Assembly: GCA_030770535.1 (NCBI GenBank) | Contig: JASVEC010000001.1 | Coordinates: forward strand, 2,170,001-2,234,000 | DNA length: 64,000 nt | Direction of reading: 5' to 3' | Origin: Batkoa obscura | Lineage: Eukaryota | In this document: positions 23,329 through 38,199 of the stretch, piece after piece | How positions within the stretch are numbered: the stretch's first letter is position 1 | How the letters are laid out: each line of letters starts with the position of its first letter | Notes under the pieces: model-generated | The model's database searches: none | Told to the model about the DNA's origin: nothing | Seen by the model: only the letters and a program-made list of their open reading frames with translations | Program-made: the position numbers and the translations under genes

Positions 23329-24649
23329 AGTTAAAATTTTTATTAAATATTAATATTGTTCGAATTGACTTTTTTTTAAATACTGTTTGTAAAAGAGTTT
23401 CTTAACGGTTATGCTTTTAACAATAATTAAAATAAGTGGTAAGAAATTGTTTTATTGGGATAGAAACTAAACTTACCGTAAGTTTTCGTTTTTATTTTAA
23501 TCATATCACTCAACATGATTCAACTTAACATATAACCTGTAAAGGCTAATAGAACATTGATAAGCAATAATAACTACCTTGTATTTTTAACTGTTAATTA
23601 ATAATATACGTAGGGTTTTTTTATCTCATTTAAAAGGCTTGATAGTTTATAAACTTACTTGAAGTTTGTTTATTCAAAGCCGAAAGATACTTCGTGTTAT
23701 CTAACTAATAGTGAGTTTTGATTAACAATACTTATATATTGTTTATGAAGATGAGATTCTATTTTATTATAATAGACTTATAATAAAACTCGCTGTTTAT
23801 TAGTATTTTGATAAGCTTAAAGTTTAACTCAATAACAATTCAATGCTACGTCATATGGTTAAGTTATTCTTATCAACATTTACTCTTAAGGTTGGTCAAA
23901 ACCTATGGATATTCTACATGAAGAAGCCCAGTTTCCTTTAACTAGGATCAAATTAGCAGCAATTTAACACCTTCTTGATTTATAAAGCTTTGTATTCAAT
24001 CCATCCTCTGAGCTTCTAAATCAGATGGAAAATAAGACATCTTTTAGCTTAACTTACCCTAGTAAAATTGATAAATATAGACAAATTTAAAAGTGGATTG
24101 GTCAATAAGCATCTAAACAAATCAGCTCTTCTCTTAATTTATAGACCTTTCAAATTGGAATTATTTGAACTTTGTTTTGTAAAGACCCAATGATGATCTC
24201 ACTAGTATCTGTTTTTTGTTGATGAATCTCTTTGGTCTTCCAAGGAATAATCTGTGATTGCTAAAACAATATAAATTACTTCCGTTTACCTATATTATTT
24301 TTGTTTTATATGCTAATAACTTGCGCTTTAACTTATTAGTATAATTTTAATATAAGAAATACTTTTGATTTAAATTATCTTAAATCAATAAAAATTAAAA
24401 ACCAAAATAATAAACACAAATCTACTGTAAATTTTTATTATATTTAAAAAATTTCAATAAAAAAAGGTGGTATAAAGAAAAATATAAAAGTCAACAATTA
24501 GAAATGCAAGAGGGGTGAGGGAAATGAATATTACAAGCATGGCTATAAATTCAATAATAGTTTTTTAGAAAAATTTAAAAAGTATTATCAAACCCTCCTT
24601 TTGAATTGAAAGGAGCCACTGGTCCCTAGAACTCAATAAATTGATTCAC

Positions 24650-25459
24650 TTATTCAATTCGATTAAAATGACGGCCACCTCTTGGTTTATTATAAAGTTT
24701 GGGGTTCCTTTCTTTAATAATTTCCCTTTCCGTCTTTTTGAAATCAACGCTACAATCATGATTTTCTGGCAACCGATGGTTATCACAGAATATATAATCT
24801 AAACAAATATGATAAAAACACATCCTTCCTATTGATTTAGAAATCACTTACTACATTTGCATTTATTCGTCACTTGTTTAAGTGGACTTAATTTAGAACG
24901 ACATAAATAACATTTATTTTTGACAATTTGTTGTGGTTTTGATAATTGCTTTCCCCCACTAAATTCTTTTTCATTTTTATCTTCGACTAATTCAGACTTT
25001 TTATTTTCGTTTTCAGTTTCTAAGTTTCTTTTCGTACCCTGCCCCCATTCTGGTGTCCCCTTCATCAATTCTTTGTATGTAATATCCAACTTCTCTTTAT
25101 TAAAAAGTTCATCTACCAATTGTTACTTTAAATTTTACTTTATTACAATAGCTCAAATTACCCATTTCATGTGTACTACTCACTGGTCGATTATTAGCAG
25201 GTAATTGGTTAAGTTTAGTTGCTTCAGGATTATTCTTTTTGTCTTCTATTCCATTTTTTTTCTTTTCTGACACTTCTTTTCGACTCTTTTTATAACATCT
25301 GGAGCACATATTATTAAACAATGGATTACTATGAATTTGTATTTAGTATCTCTTTTATTCGAAAGCAATTTTAAAATTAACGCTTTTTTATGTAATTTAC
25401 CTATAAAACCCACAGTTATTAATACAGAACTTGGTTATTTTATCTTTGTTATTTTCCAT
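24650..25459 (-). CDS. A20/AN1 zinc-finger protein (ZFAND5/6, SAP-like), 4 exons
   Basis: CINNCGFIGNPLFNNMCSRCY (A20); CYLCRSKL...KCKC.YIFCDNHRLPENHDC (AN1). Confidence 0.92.
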
Positions 25460-26596
25460 AGTTGAAGAGTATGCTTTAAATTTGATATTATTTTTATATC
25501 AAGTTTTCACGCTTAAAAGTAAAAGATTAGAAAAATAAATACAATATTTAAAAAATAAAAGGAAATAATGGGGGTAATTTAGTTGAATTTTTAATTCCCA
25601 AATTTAACAAGTGTGGCTTTTAACTATCCAATCAATGAATTAAAATTTGGCTTATTTTTGAATTGTTTATTCAAATAAACTCAATAGTGTTGAACAAATT
25701 CAATTTTTATTTGTTATTTCCAAAAAATTGTGTTTTCATCATTCTAGTCTTTTAAGCATGTTTTTATTGCTAAGCCAAAGTATAAAATGATTTAAAAATT
25801 TAACATAGTATGGATACTTAAATTGAGCTTTATTCTTCTGTTTGAATTTTGATTTATTAAAATCACTCGTTTATATGCATCTTAGTTTAAATTCAAATAT
25901 TTAAATATTTAAATTAATATAATGATCACATGAAAAGATAAAGAAAATTATTAATGTAAACAAAAAAAGTTATAAAGCTCAATCTTAAAAGGTAGTATCA
26001 GATTAGAGAAATAAACAAATACTAGCTGTAACTTTTAACAACAGTAATGAAATCATCACTTATAACAGTAATATTCGTAGTTACAACTTTTTAGTATCTT
26101 AAGTTTCCACTAATTGTTATTTACAAACTGTATTCATCTATTCTTTAATCGATTTGAAATTTTATCTTTAGATAAAATATCAGTATAAGTCAGATTACAT
26201 AATAATATTAAAATAGTATAAGCTAAGAGATAAAAATAATGTTTCCTATTGTTATTTTATTTTATACTTAACAAGTAACAAATCAACTGAATAAGCTTTA
26301 TCAGAAATTAAGTATTGATGTTTATAAAAACATAGCTAATTAAAACATGTCATTATATTAAAAACAATTTCACGAGTAAATGATATAAATTAATAATATC
26401 AATCTATTTTTTAAGCTAAATGAAAATAGGATCAAAAAGTTCAATTAAAAAAGTAAATTTACAACAAGAGTATACGAATTCTATTTAATTTTTAAAATAA
26501 ATTTAATTGGTTCTATCGGTTTCTTAAATTTAAATTTATCAAATTTTGGAATTTTTTCATTTTTTCAACTTAATTTTCTCAAAATATTATAAAATC

Positions 26597-27968
26597 ATGG
26601 CTGAGCGAAAAGCAACAAATAAATACTATCCACCTGAATGGGATCCCTCAAAGGTAGAGTTCACCACTTATATAATTAATTCAACCAATCTAAGCTGATC
26701 AATCATGGCACTTAGGGCTCCATCAATACATTTGTTGGTCAACATCCATTACGTGAAAGAGCACGTAAGCTGGATCAAGGAATATTGATTATAAGGTATT
26801 TATAGTTTTTTATAAACTATTAACTAGCTAATAAAAGAAAGATTTGAGCTACCATATAGTGTATGGTGTTTAGGATGTAATGGGCATGTTGGTATGGGGG
26901 TACGATTTAATGCTGAAAAGAAAAGGGTAGGGAATTATTATTCAACACCAATCTTTTCGTTTAGGATGAAATGCCATTTATGTTCTCATTGGTGGGAGAT
27001 CAAAACGGATCCTAAGGTGAGTTTTCTATACTTAAATATATATAAATTGTATTAAGTCGATAGAATGCGGCTTATGTTGTTGTTTCTGGAGCAAAACAAA
27101 AGATTGAAACTTGGGATCCGGAAGAAAATGGAACCTTAAAGTTACTTGGTTTGTTATATTTGAGATTATAATTTTAAGGTTTTTACTCCCATTATTACTT
27201 AGATGATAAGGAAAGAGAAACTATTAATAACAATGCATTAAGTAAATTGGAACATAAAATTTCGGATAAAAAAAGAGGAGATGAAGCAATTACTATTCTA
27301 AACCAACTCACTGTAAAAATCATATATAATAATAGTTTAAATTTTTAACGTGAGCTTAGGAAGAAAGTGATAGGAAATGGGGAGATGTTTACTCCAATTC
27401 AAAGTTAATGCGTAAAAAATTAAGGGTAATTATTAAAACGTTAATGAATTTTATTTAATAATATTTCTAGGAAGAAAAAAAGGTATTAAAAGCTAAAGCA
27501 GAGAAAGAAAATAAATTTATAAAGAGTAATTCCCTTTATATAAAACTTTTACCAGAGTCTGAATCAGATGAATTACGTGCTAAAACTATTACGTTTGCAA
27601 GTAAAATTTCTTATTACAATATTCTAGTATAACTGCTTAATATTATTAAAGGCAATAAAGATCCAAGCAGTGAGCTTAAAAAACAGCTCGTCAAACCACT
27701 ATTTCAAAATAAGAAATCAAGTGAGAAATTCAATGATAAAACAATCATTGAGGATTTAAAAATAAAGGCTTCTGTTAATACTTTATTAAAGGAGGATCCA
27801 TTTATTTCTAAAAAAGAAACACATCAAAAAAATGATATGAAATTAGGTATCATGCCGAAAGTAGTAAGCAAAAAAGATTCCGATGTTACAAAATCAACTA
27901 ATACGATGTCAACTAAAAAGCCAAATTTACTAGTTGATTATAATTACTCAGATTCAGAAAATGATTAA
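26597..27968 (+). CDS. YJU2B: CWC16/Yju2 family splicing factor, CCDC130 (YJU2B/Saf4) type, many exons
   Basis: MAERKATNKYYPPEWDPSK|GSINTFVGQHPLRERARKLDQGILIIR|FELPYSVWCLGC..GMGVRFNAEKKRVGNYYSTPIFSFRMKCHLC..EIKTDPK. Confidence 0.93.
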
Positions 27969-28673
27969 ATGTGACTAACTTTGATCCATTACGTAGTAAA
28001 ATCAAGTCGACTTAGGTTAGTTTATTTATAAATATATTCTGAAGCATATTCATCTTTATATGTCTGATAGAATAATATATTATAAACTACATGTAAAAAT
28101 AAAGATGATGAATTATAATTTGATAAACATAACTTAAAGTCAAACTTTAAATATTATGATATATACTTTAAAATATATTCATAACTAGTAACTAAGTTTT
28201 GTAAGGCCTACGCTCCCCTGTCTTAGTGCATGTACAAACTCCTCTAAAATAGATACAAAATTCACTAGTTTAAGCTAATATGAAAAAGTCTTTATTTAGT
28301 AGTAATTGAATGAAATCTTGAATACATAATTTATAATATTAAGTGGTTTTGATAAAGAAGGTTTATGCTGCATTAATTTGATAAAAATATATACAACTAA
28401 ATTAAACTTACTATAAATACTTATAAAATCAATCACATTAGATAAATCAATTAAATTTTATTTGTTAAACCATCATTTAAGTCCAAAGCAAAAAAGTTTC
28501 TAAAGTTAGTTTTCAGTAAGCTAAAACCCAAACTACAAAAAATAGAATTTTATAATCTCGCTATAAGCATCAGATAGAAATAGAACAATCAATAGCCTTC
28601 ATCCCATAGTCATAATATAAATATAGATATAATGTCCATTTAAAAATAATTAATTAATAAAAATAATAAAAGA

Positions 28674-29771
28674 ATGTCCGAATTATCCACAAATATAGCA
28701 ATTTCAATTCCATCCCCAATAGATTTAACTTTAGATAAAACTACTTCCAAGTCCACCCCAACCACTTTACAAAGTATTATATCCGGTGGTGTAGGTGGTG
28801 CTTTTATGGCTATTGTAGGTCATCCTTTAGATTTAATAAAAGTAAGACAACAAGCCATTTCCAACGCCGCTATTCAAAAAGAGTCTGTTACCAGTATACT
28901 AACTCAAATCCTTAAAAGAGAAGGACCAAGAGGTTTATATCGAGGATTATTAGCGCCATTACTTTCATCAACTCCTGTGTTTGCTGTTGAATACGCTAGC
29001 TTTGAAACATGTCAAACGTTATTGAAATGGGGCTACGGGATGGTAAGTACTTGAATATAATAAAAGGCTTATTTTTCGTTAACTTTTAACTAAATAGCCA
29101 AAACAAGAATCATTGAGTATATACCAAGTAGCATTAGCTGGTGCTATTGCTGCTTTTCCTGCTACTTTGATTGTATCCCCTGTGGAACGTATAAAATGTA
29201 TGTTGCAAGTCGCTGGAGAAGGTAGCAAGCCATTGGGCTTGGTTCAAGCAATTAAAGAAGTTGGAGGTATCAAAGGCTTATATAGAGGCACCTTAGCTAC
29301 CTTGTTAAGAGACTCGACAGGCGGTGTGCTTTATTTTGCTACATACATAGGAGCCAAACGACTCCTTAGCAAAGAGACCAAAGAAGGAGAAAGTCAATTG
29401 AATCCAGCAGCTATTATGTTGGCTGGTGGATTGGCTGGTATGGCTAATTGGATGGTTTGTATAGTAAGTCTTTTTTTGGAAAACATAAATGTATTGGATA
29501 TTAATATTTTTTGTCAGCCTGCAGATGTTATCAAATCTCGCCAACAAACTGAGTTGATTTCTAAAAGCTTTTTAGTAACTTTTAGAGAGCTCATACGCCA
29601 GGAAGGTATTCAAGGTCTCTTTAAAGGCTTGACACCAGCTCTCTTAAGAGCTTTTCCAGCCAATGCAGCGTGCTTTTTGGGTATATAGTTTATTAAATTT
29701 TTGTAATATTTATTAATATTATTTTAGGTGTTGAAGCTTCACTTTATTTGCTACTTGGAAAAAATTATTAG
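28674..29771 (+). CDS. Mitochondrial carrier, carnitine/acylcarnitine (Crc1/SLC25A20)-like
   Basis: Three PxD/ExxK motifs (HPLDLIKVR, SPVERIKC, PADVIKSR), EGPRGLYRG, LLRAFPANAACFLG. Confidence 0.88.
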
Positions 29772-30403
29772 ATACAAATTAAGTGAAACTCCTAGTTTGT
29801 TTTTTGTTTTTTACGTCTTCTCTTAGCTTAGCTTATATAATAAAAATTCAATTAAATATATATTCCTTATTAAGTTTAGTACTAATATGACCATTTGGTA
29901 AGATAATATACAGCTAAAATCATTTAGTATTAGATTTCTTAAAAAATCATCCTTGTTAGATAAAATGACAAAATAAAATTGGGTTTTTAAATTTCATTTA
30001 AATATTTTTTGAAACAATAATCGTTATTTTATTATGTTTTGATTATGGAAAATTGTTTTTTATATATTCTTATCATTTAAATATATTAAACTGATATTAA
30101 TAAATATAATTATTTTTATTATAATGAACTATTAAAATTTAAAAAAGAAACTATTTGAATATTTTTTAATAAAATATTACAGAAAAAAATACCTAAAACA
30201 ACCCATTTAAACTAACTTTATTTTTTTATCTGATATCTTCTAAAATATTTACTAAACTATCCTTTAGGTCATATTATATTAACTAAAATTAAAATTGAAT
30301 AGAAAAAACCAAGCCAAGATAAAACAGAGATTACAATTAAAATAAAATATTAACTATTTAATAAGAACAATAAACTTGTGATCAAAACTTATTTGAATTT
30401 ACT

Positions 30404-31857
30404 TTAAAAATAGATCAATATAGGCTGCAAGGGAGGAACTGAGTAAGAAAAGAGATCCCAAAAGAGATGAGTTTGTTTTGAAAACAGTTTAAATAAGTCA
30501 TTTGTAGTAGGAAAATAAGTAACATAGTCCTTTGAAGTTACAAATTCAGTATAATCTAAAAACAAGTTTAAATTTACTACCCCAATAAATTTATCTTGTT
30601 GGTAAATATGATAAAATTGGTCTTGTTGATTTTTATGTCTATTAATTAAATAATGAATATTATTAGGATTACTCATACTTTTGGTTATAAACTCATTCTT
30701 TTGATTCTCTATTTTATTTCTAACATGCTCAGTTAATAATGTTAATTCGATTTTTGTTATTGAAGTACTACACGTTAATTCTTCTTTTATACTATACCAT
30801 CTTAACCAATTAAATCCATCATTGTTGTAAACTGTACTATTATTGTTTCTACTATTATTGTTTATATTAGAATATTCACTTCTATCGTCTATATCAATGT
30901 AGTTAGGTAGTATAGCATTGCATTCTACTGGATCTCCAATTTCATAAGCCTCATGAATATTATCAAACAAGTGATTATATTGACACAATTCTGGTACATG
31001 AATATAAGCAATATATTGACAAACTTGAGGCTCATCAATTGCAACTAAACCCTCGGCTTTATCATCAATATAGCAAAGATACTAACAGTCAATTTAATAT
31101 TATTAAATATCACATAAAATCAAAGTAAACTTACTCTTAGTTCGATTTGCCTATTAAATCCAGTGAGATCACAACGATCTCCTTTCCCCCAAGTTTCTGA
31201 GATATAAAAAGGTAGTTTTAATTTTTTATTATTGGAATATTTAATATCAAATCTTGAATTGGTCCTATTCAAATTGAAGCTTTTGTTTATAATAAATTCA
31301 CTCGTTCCCAATTTATAAATTGCCGAAATCTTATCCTCTTTTTCATTAAGACCATCATTTTTCTTTGATACGTAATACTGAATTATTTCATTGTTGTAGC
31401 AGTATTTGTAATCCCAGTTCGAAATAATCTTTATAAAATAAATAAATAAATATTATAAATAAAAACAGAGGACTTACTGTTGTATAACACTCTAATTTAT
31501 TTTTGATCAAAGTTTCACTCTCTTCTAATATTGTTTCATAAACTTCTGAGCTAATCTTATTTTCGTTTCTTACATCTTTTTGATGTTGTGGATAAAAGCA
31601 TATATACTCCAGATCTTTATTGTATTTTATTTTAATCCCTTTTTGTTTTTCTACTTCCTAAAACTGCTGATTAATACTGTATATTACTTATATTCAAAAT
31701 TGTTTACTGTTAATTCATTATAGTTAATAAACTCATTGTTTAATTTAATATGGTAATTTGGGTAAGCATGTGCATCTTCGTATATAGAAATATCAATGCC
31801 ATTTGAATGAGTTATGAGGACCAAATCAAATAAAAAAAATAATAAAAACCGTATCAT
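30404..31857 (-). CDS. YOS9: OS-9/Yos9 ERAD lectin (MRH domain), 4 exons
   Basis: Signal peptide, AYPNYHI, WDYKYCYNNEIIQY, WGKGDRCDLTGFNRQIELR|YLC, IDEPQVCQY..IHVPELC. Confidence 0.85.
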
Positions 31858-32858
31858 TTTAATAATAAAATGACTTAAAAAAAGTAAGTATAGGTCAACT
31901 TTGATAAAAAATATTGAACTTTTTTAATTTAAGCTATCATCGGCGCTGATTGGCTTTTTATTAATTGAACCAATCTTTTTCTATTTTCTTGTTTGTTTTC
32001 ATTTGTTTTCTGTTTAAAAAATTTGTAGAGCATATATGAGTCTAAGCTTAAAAGCTTCAGCTAAAATTGAAAATTTTATTTTCTAATTCACTTTTTTTGA
32101 TCATTTTTTATGTAGCGCAAAATTTTAAAAACTACTGTAAAATCAGATAAACATTTCAGCATGAGTTAATCTAAAATTAAGCAAAAAAGAAAAAACTTGT
32201 AGCACTTAGTGCTTGTGTAATTTTTGCTAAAAATCGATTGAACAAAATTTTAACTGAGATTTTAAACTAACACATATAACGAGATATTATATGACAAAGA
32301 TAGAGTTAAGGATAAAATTCATCATGCTTTTTCATTAAATACTATTTTGTAGTATAACATAGCTTCTTTTATTTTACTATATAAAACTAATATAAATAAC
32401 AAGTAAATATAACAGTAGAGCAATAAATTCCATGTGTCTATATTAATTGTTTAAAGACACGAGGTATGCTACAAACTGAGTTCAATTTTTAAGTTTAGAC
32501 TATATAAGAAATTATTTTTATTGAAATGTAGAACAAACTTTGAATAATAACTAACTATACTAAAACTATATACTGCAATATTCTATTTTAAACACTCAAA
32601 CTGTTCAAAAAAAAAGCTGCAAAATAATCTAAAGCAAGCTAAATTTTTAAAAATTTCTTTTCAAATCACAGGAGCTTTTAACAAAATTCATCAACCTAGT
32701 TATTTGATTGGCGTAAATCAACCTTAAGCTTTTAATAAACCAATAAAATTTTTTCAAAAAAAAAGTTTTGCAGGGGTTTTAAGCCTTTTGGGATTGGAAT
32801 TTTGGATTGGTACTATTGCTAATCACTTAGAATTTAAAACACTTCCTTTTTATCCAAT

Positions 32859-33130
32859 ATGAGTCACGAAGCTGTTTGGTATTCTCATCCCCGTAAATAC
32901 GGTAAAGGTTCTCGTCAATGGTAGGTTTTTACTATATTAAGGGATTTTAGTAATATATTGACCTATTTTTTAGTCGTGTCTGCACTCATCGTGCCGGTTT
33001 AATCCGTAAATACGGTCTTAACATTTGCAGACAGTGCTTCCGTGAATACGCTAAAGATATCGGTTTCACCAAGGTTTGTTATTATTACTGTTTATTTATC
33101 ATTTTATTTATTATTTTTTAGACCCGTTAA
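32859..33130 (+). CDS. RPS29: 40S ribosomal protein S29 (uS14), 3 exons
   Basis: [56 protein letters not shown]. Confidence 0.97.
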
Positions 33131-33721
33131 GTTAGCCTTTTCGACATCAATTTTCTTATGCCCTTTTTTTAATAGGCTTTAGTTATACTACAATAAATTA
33201 ACTATTGGGTACAAACTAAAGATGTTTCTTGTTTTTATGGATAGCCAGTTTTATTGTTAGTTCTATAAATGTATAGTTTGACTATCATTTTATTAATTAA
33301 ATGAGATGACTTATTGATAATTGATGAGAATTATATTTGCTACTAACGTTCTTAGGTAGATGAAGTTGTTCAATATCTTTTATAATAACTCATGGATAGT
33401 AATTATGATAGTGGATTGGTATAGTTGGTTAGTACACTAATATATCCAGATAATTGAGAAGCATAGGACTTTTATTTAATAAAATAATATAGCAATTTTA
33501 ACTTATTATATTAATTTGAATGGAACTTACTCTTCCTTCAGTTCAAATTTTTTGACTTTTTATTAAATAAATTTGATAATATTTTCAATGAATTTCTTAT
33601 GATTAACAATTTTGGTTTTTCTACAAATAAAAAAACATAAGCAGAATATAAACTACTTAGTTGATACAAATTCATAAAAATTTATTAAGTAACTGATAAT
33701 AAGACATTATTGATTAATCAA

Positions 33722-35552
33722 TCAATTTTTATCCCTAGAAACATATTAGCCACTAGATAATAAGTACAATAATTAAGTTACCATGAATTTTTAAGTAAAA
33801 TTTGAACAGCAACTAAAGCTTGATACTTAACATCTGGGTTCTCATGGGCCATCAATTCCATAACACGATGTTTAGCTCCCAACTTTTCAAGTAAACTAAA
33901 TCGTTCTGATTAAACTATATTTAGCTTAAGTATTAAAATCTACTTACCCTCTGCCTTTGTTATTAAATTTAGCATATTGTCCAATATCGAATGCAGCTAT
34001 TGATAAAACTAAAGGATCAGTAGCTGTATTAAGAATTTCACAAAGTTTCCTATAGTTGTTTGATAAATTGTGTCCTAGTATCATTTAATTCAAACTTACT
34101 TAAGCAAGGCATAATCTCCCTCTTCAAATTTGTGTATATTATCAGTCCAGAATTGAATTGACTTATGAGGAGGTGACCATTCAAGCTCACCAGTTTCAAT
34201 TTCTGCTTTGTAAGCATCAAAAGTAGTCAAGCTAGCTACTACCTCTTGTAACTCACTTTTTAAATAATCTAAATCTTCTTTAATTTCTAAATCCGCCCAT
34301 TTTCTTGATGTTAAATTCTCAATCAAATCAAACAATTTATGTGCTAGCATGGAGTTAATATTTTCTTCAGATCCTTTTTCCAATAGATTCTAATCAATTG
34401 TTAACTCAGCGTTCTTTTTTAATTTGTTTTTTTCTTACTCTGAAAGTGCCTATAATAACTCGAACGATCTTCTCTTTAACTGTACCACGGGCTAATTTAA
34501 CTAATAATGAAATGATGGAGTGTTGGCTATGACTGAATTAAAACTTCAATTAAAAATGATATATGAAATTACTGATCAATCTCTTTAGCAATTTCTTCCT
34601 CAAAAGTAAGCATCCAAAAACAAAATACAACTTGATATTGAAGCTGTGGATTTGTTTTCTCTTTTTGAATAAGCGCAATTAAACTATAAAAAGTTAGTCA
34701 ATTTTGATTGTAGATTCAATATTAAATTAATACTTTGGTACACCACGTGCTTTGTGGAAAAAGACGTTACGATAAGTATAATTCTTTAATAAAGATTGAA
34801 GTAATTGGACTGAAATATCGGCAATATTGGGCGTCTGGCTTGATAATTGAGAAATAATAACATCCAAAAATTCATCACATTGTTCTGGGATGGCGGTAGT
34901 TGAAGTACTAGATATTTTTTAGTTTCATTTTTAACAAATTATAAATAAACGTACCAAATTAAAAAAGCGACAATCTTTTCTGCTTTTAATGCTAAAAAGT
35001 CATCATCTTTCTTTAAACATCTAATATTTTATCAATACAATGAACTTTAAAATTTCATATAGTTTACTTTAGAAATGGCTCGTATGGGAACAATGGATTT
35101 TCTTGACTTAATTCATGAAATGTTTTAGCATTGTTAGGGTCGGCTAAAATTTAAATCACTTTAATATTTCAATTAAAAAATGACTATTACCTTCAAGTAT
35201 ATCATCGATCAGTACAAGAATGTATTGTAAAGTATCTACTCTTACTAATTTATTTAATAAATTCAACAGCAAATTAATATACTCCTTAGAAGACTAAATA
35301 ATCAAATTAAAATCTATTTTATCCATTGTATAAAAAAATTACCCCTTTTTCAGATTTTCTTAAAAGCCCAAGTTCTTCTTCAGTAATTAATGAAGCGCGT
35401 TGATATCCCTAGTATAATTAAGTAAACTATTAAAACTTACAATAAAAGCTTACCTCCCATGGCATAGGCCTAGAGCGAATGTTGAAAGTCAACTCATCAA
35501 AAAAGGAGTTAACTACGAAAGTTACAGGTACACTTGGAACAGTATCAGCCAT
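33722..35552 (-). CDS. VMA13: V-ATPase V1 subunit H, many exons
   Basis: NIRSRPMPWE|GYQRASLIT, RVDTLQYILVLIDDIL, PQLQYQVVFCFWMLTF, VKEKIVRV, LTTFDAYKAEIETGELEWSPPHKSIQFW, VKYQALVAVQ. Confidence 0.95.
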
Positions 35553-35849
35553 AATAATAAATTGGATTATGCTATTCACTTTAAGTTAAATTTCAAATAC
35601 AAAAAAATAATGACGGTGGCTCAAATAAAATAACTAAATAGTGAGGAATTAGCAGAAGTATAGCCAATAAAATATAAATTCAAACTTGCTCTGGAGTTAA
35701 TTTTGCAAATGGCAATGATGTCATTTTTACTATCTCTGGCTAAAATTAACGTTTTGTCGGAAGACAAAAATTTTAGAATTTTTTACAAAATCTCAAGTGT
35801 TATAAAGTTGAATCTAATCTCATCTTATCATTAAATTACATAAAATCAA

Positions 35850-36799
35850 ATGGGAGGAAGCAGCAGCGATGAAGGTAATAAAGGAGGAAAGAAAGGAAGC
35901 TTTCGATTAGGAGGAGGAGTGGGGGGCCTATTAACGTCGTATTTGTCTAATAAACCAAATGGTAATTTACTTTATTAGTATTATTACTTTAATTCATTGT
36001 TAAGTTGTCGATAAAAATTATATGCCAGATTCTATGGTAGGTCAATTATTAATTCTAAGTAATTTTTATTTACAAAACAATTAGAAAGCTTCCACACTAT
36101 TAGAATTAATTGCTTCGGAAAGAAATTGGCCTAGTAATCTGGTATTGAACGACTTAGAGATATTAGAAAAGAACCGGTTATTTACCATTTCGGATTTAAA
36201 AGTTTTATCAAAAGAAAGCTGGAAGGTAATTTTTAATACAGACAGATTACTTAACCCTTTAATTATCATTTATAGCAAATCGGACTTTTACCTATTGTCA
36301 AAGACTTAATACAAGCAAAAATTTATAAAAGTAATCAAACTTTATTCACTTGTTATTAGCTAACACTTTAAAAAGACAAAAAAAAAGCCAAAAAGATGAA
36401 GAAAAAATATCAGTCTACTTCTGAGTCCTCTGAAGAAGAAAGTATCAATGAATCAACAGAACTAGCAAAAGCTCACACAAACGGGGAAAGTAAGAATGGC
36501 TCTCAAAGCATTAAACCATTGAGTATTGTCCCAGATGGAAATATGATTAAAGTTGCTGCTGCTGATGGTACAATTTACCAGACAAATAGATATTGTCCAC
36601 ATAAAAAAGTTGACCTGGTTACTGTAAGTTTACTCAAAAATTTGTTTTTATCTAATTAAGATTTTTTTAGAAAGGGAGAGTAAGCGGAAATACACTTGTA
36701 TGTACTAAACATAACTGGATCTTTGACCTCAAAAATGGGGGTAGTTGTACAAATAAACCTGGTAACTCGATTCGTGCTTGTCAACTTAATGATTGGTAA
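35850..36799 (+). CDS. Small protein with N-myristoylation motif, SAM-like domain and C-terminal Rieske [2Fe-2S] domain, 6 exons
   Basis: MGGSSS...; LELIASERNWPSNLVLNDLEILEKNRLFTISDLKVLSKESWKQIGLLPIVKDLIQ; TNRYCPHKKVDLVT|KGRVSGNTLVCTKHNWIFDLKNGGSC (CxH...CxxH Rieske boxes). Confidence 0.82.
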
Positions 36800-37103
36800 T
36801 AGAGTTAGGTTAAATAGCTTTAAATTAAGTTTGTGGATTATAATTATCAACATCTTTCATTTTGATGTTATATTTGTAGTATTATTTTAAATAAAAATAT
36901 ATAAAAATAATGTTTATAAGCTCTTTAACTATATTTATTTTAATGATATTGCTATATCTAATAAATCATTTTTTTTATATAATATGAATATCTACAAATA
37001 TACTAATTAAACGAAGCAAATAATTATAGTAAATAACTAATTATAAACAAGTTTTGAAGTGTCAAATGAAATATAAAAAATAAGCGATCAAGTTCTATAA
37101 TTA

Positions 37104-38088
<985 letters not shown>

Positions 38089-38199
38089 ACTAATAAAATT
38101 CTAAAGTTTAAAAGCTTGGATTTTTTCTACCAAAAAAGCAAACCAGACTGGGCTTAAATTCGAGTTAGTTTAAATTTTAAAAATCTATTTTTACAAAAG

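Noticed and set aside
24188..24262. Box C-like ATGATGA suggesting a C/D snoRNA
   Set aside because: No CTGA box D at a suitable distance and no terminal stem
29464..29517. Apparent 18-aa insertion in the mitochondrial carrier
   Set aside because: It is a 54-nt in-frame GTAAGT...CAG intron read through by the ORF finder
33410..33460. tRNA D-arm-like TGGTATAGTTGGTTAGTAC
   Set aside because: No pairing anticodon stem, no TTCRA T-loop, no acceptor complement
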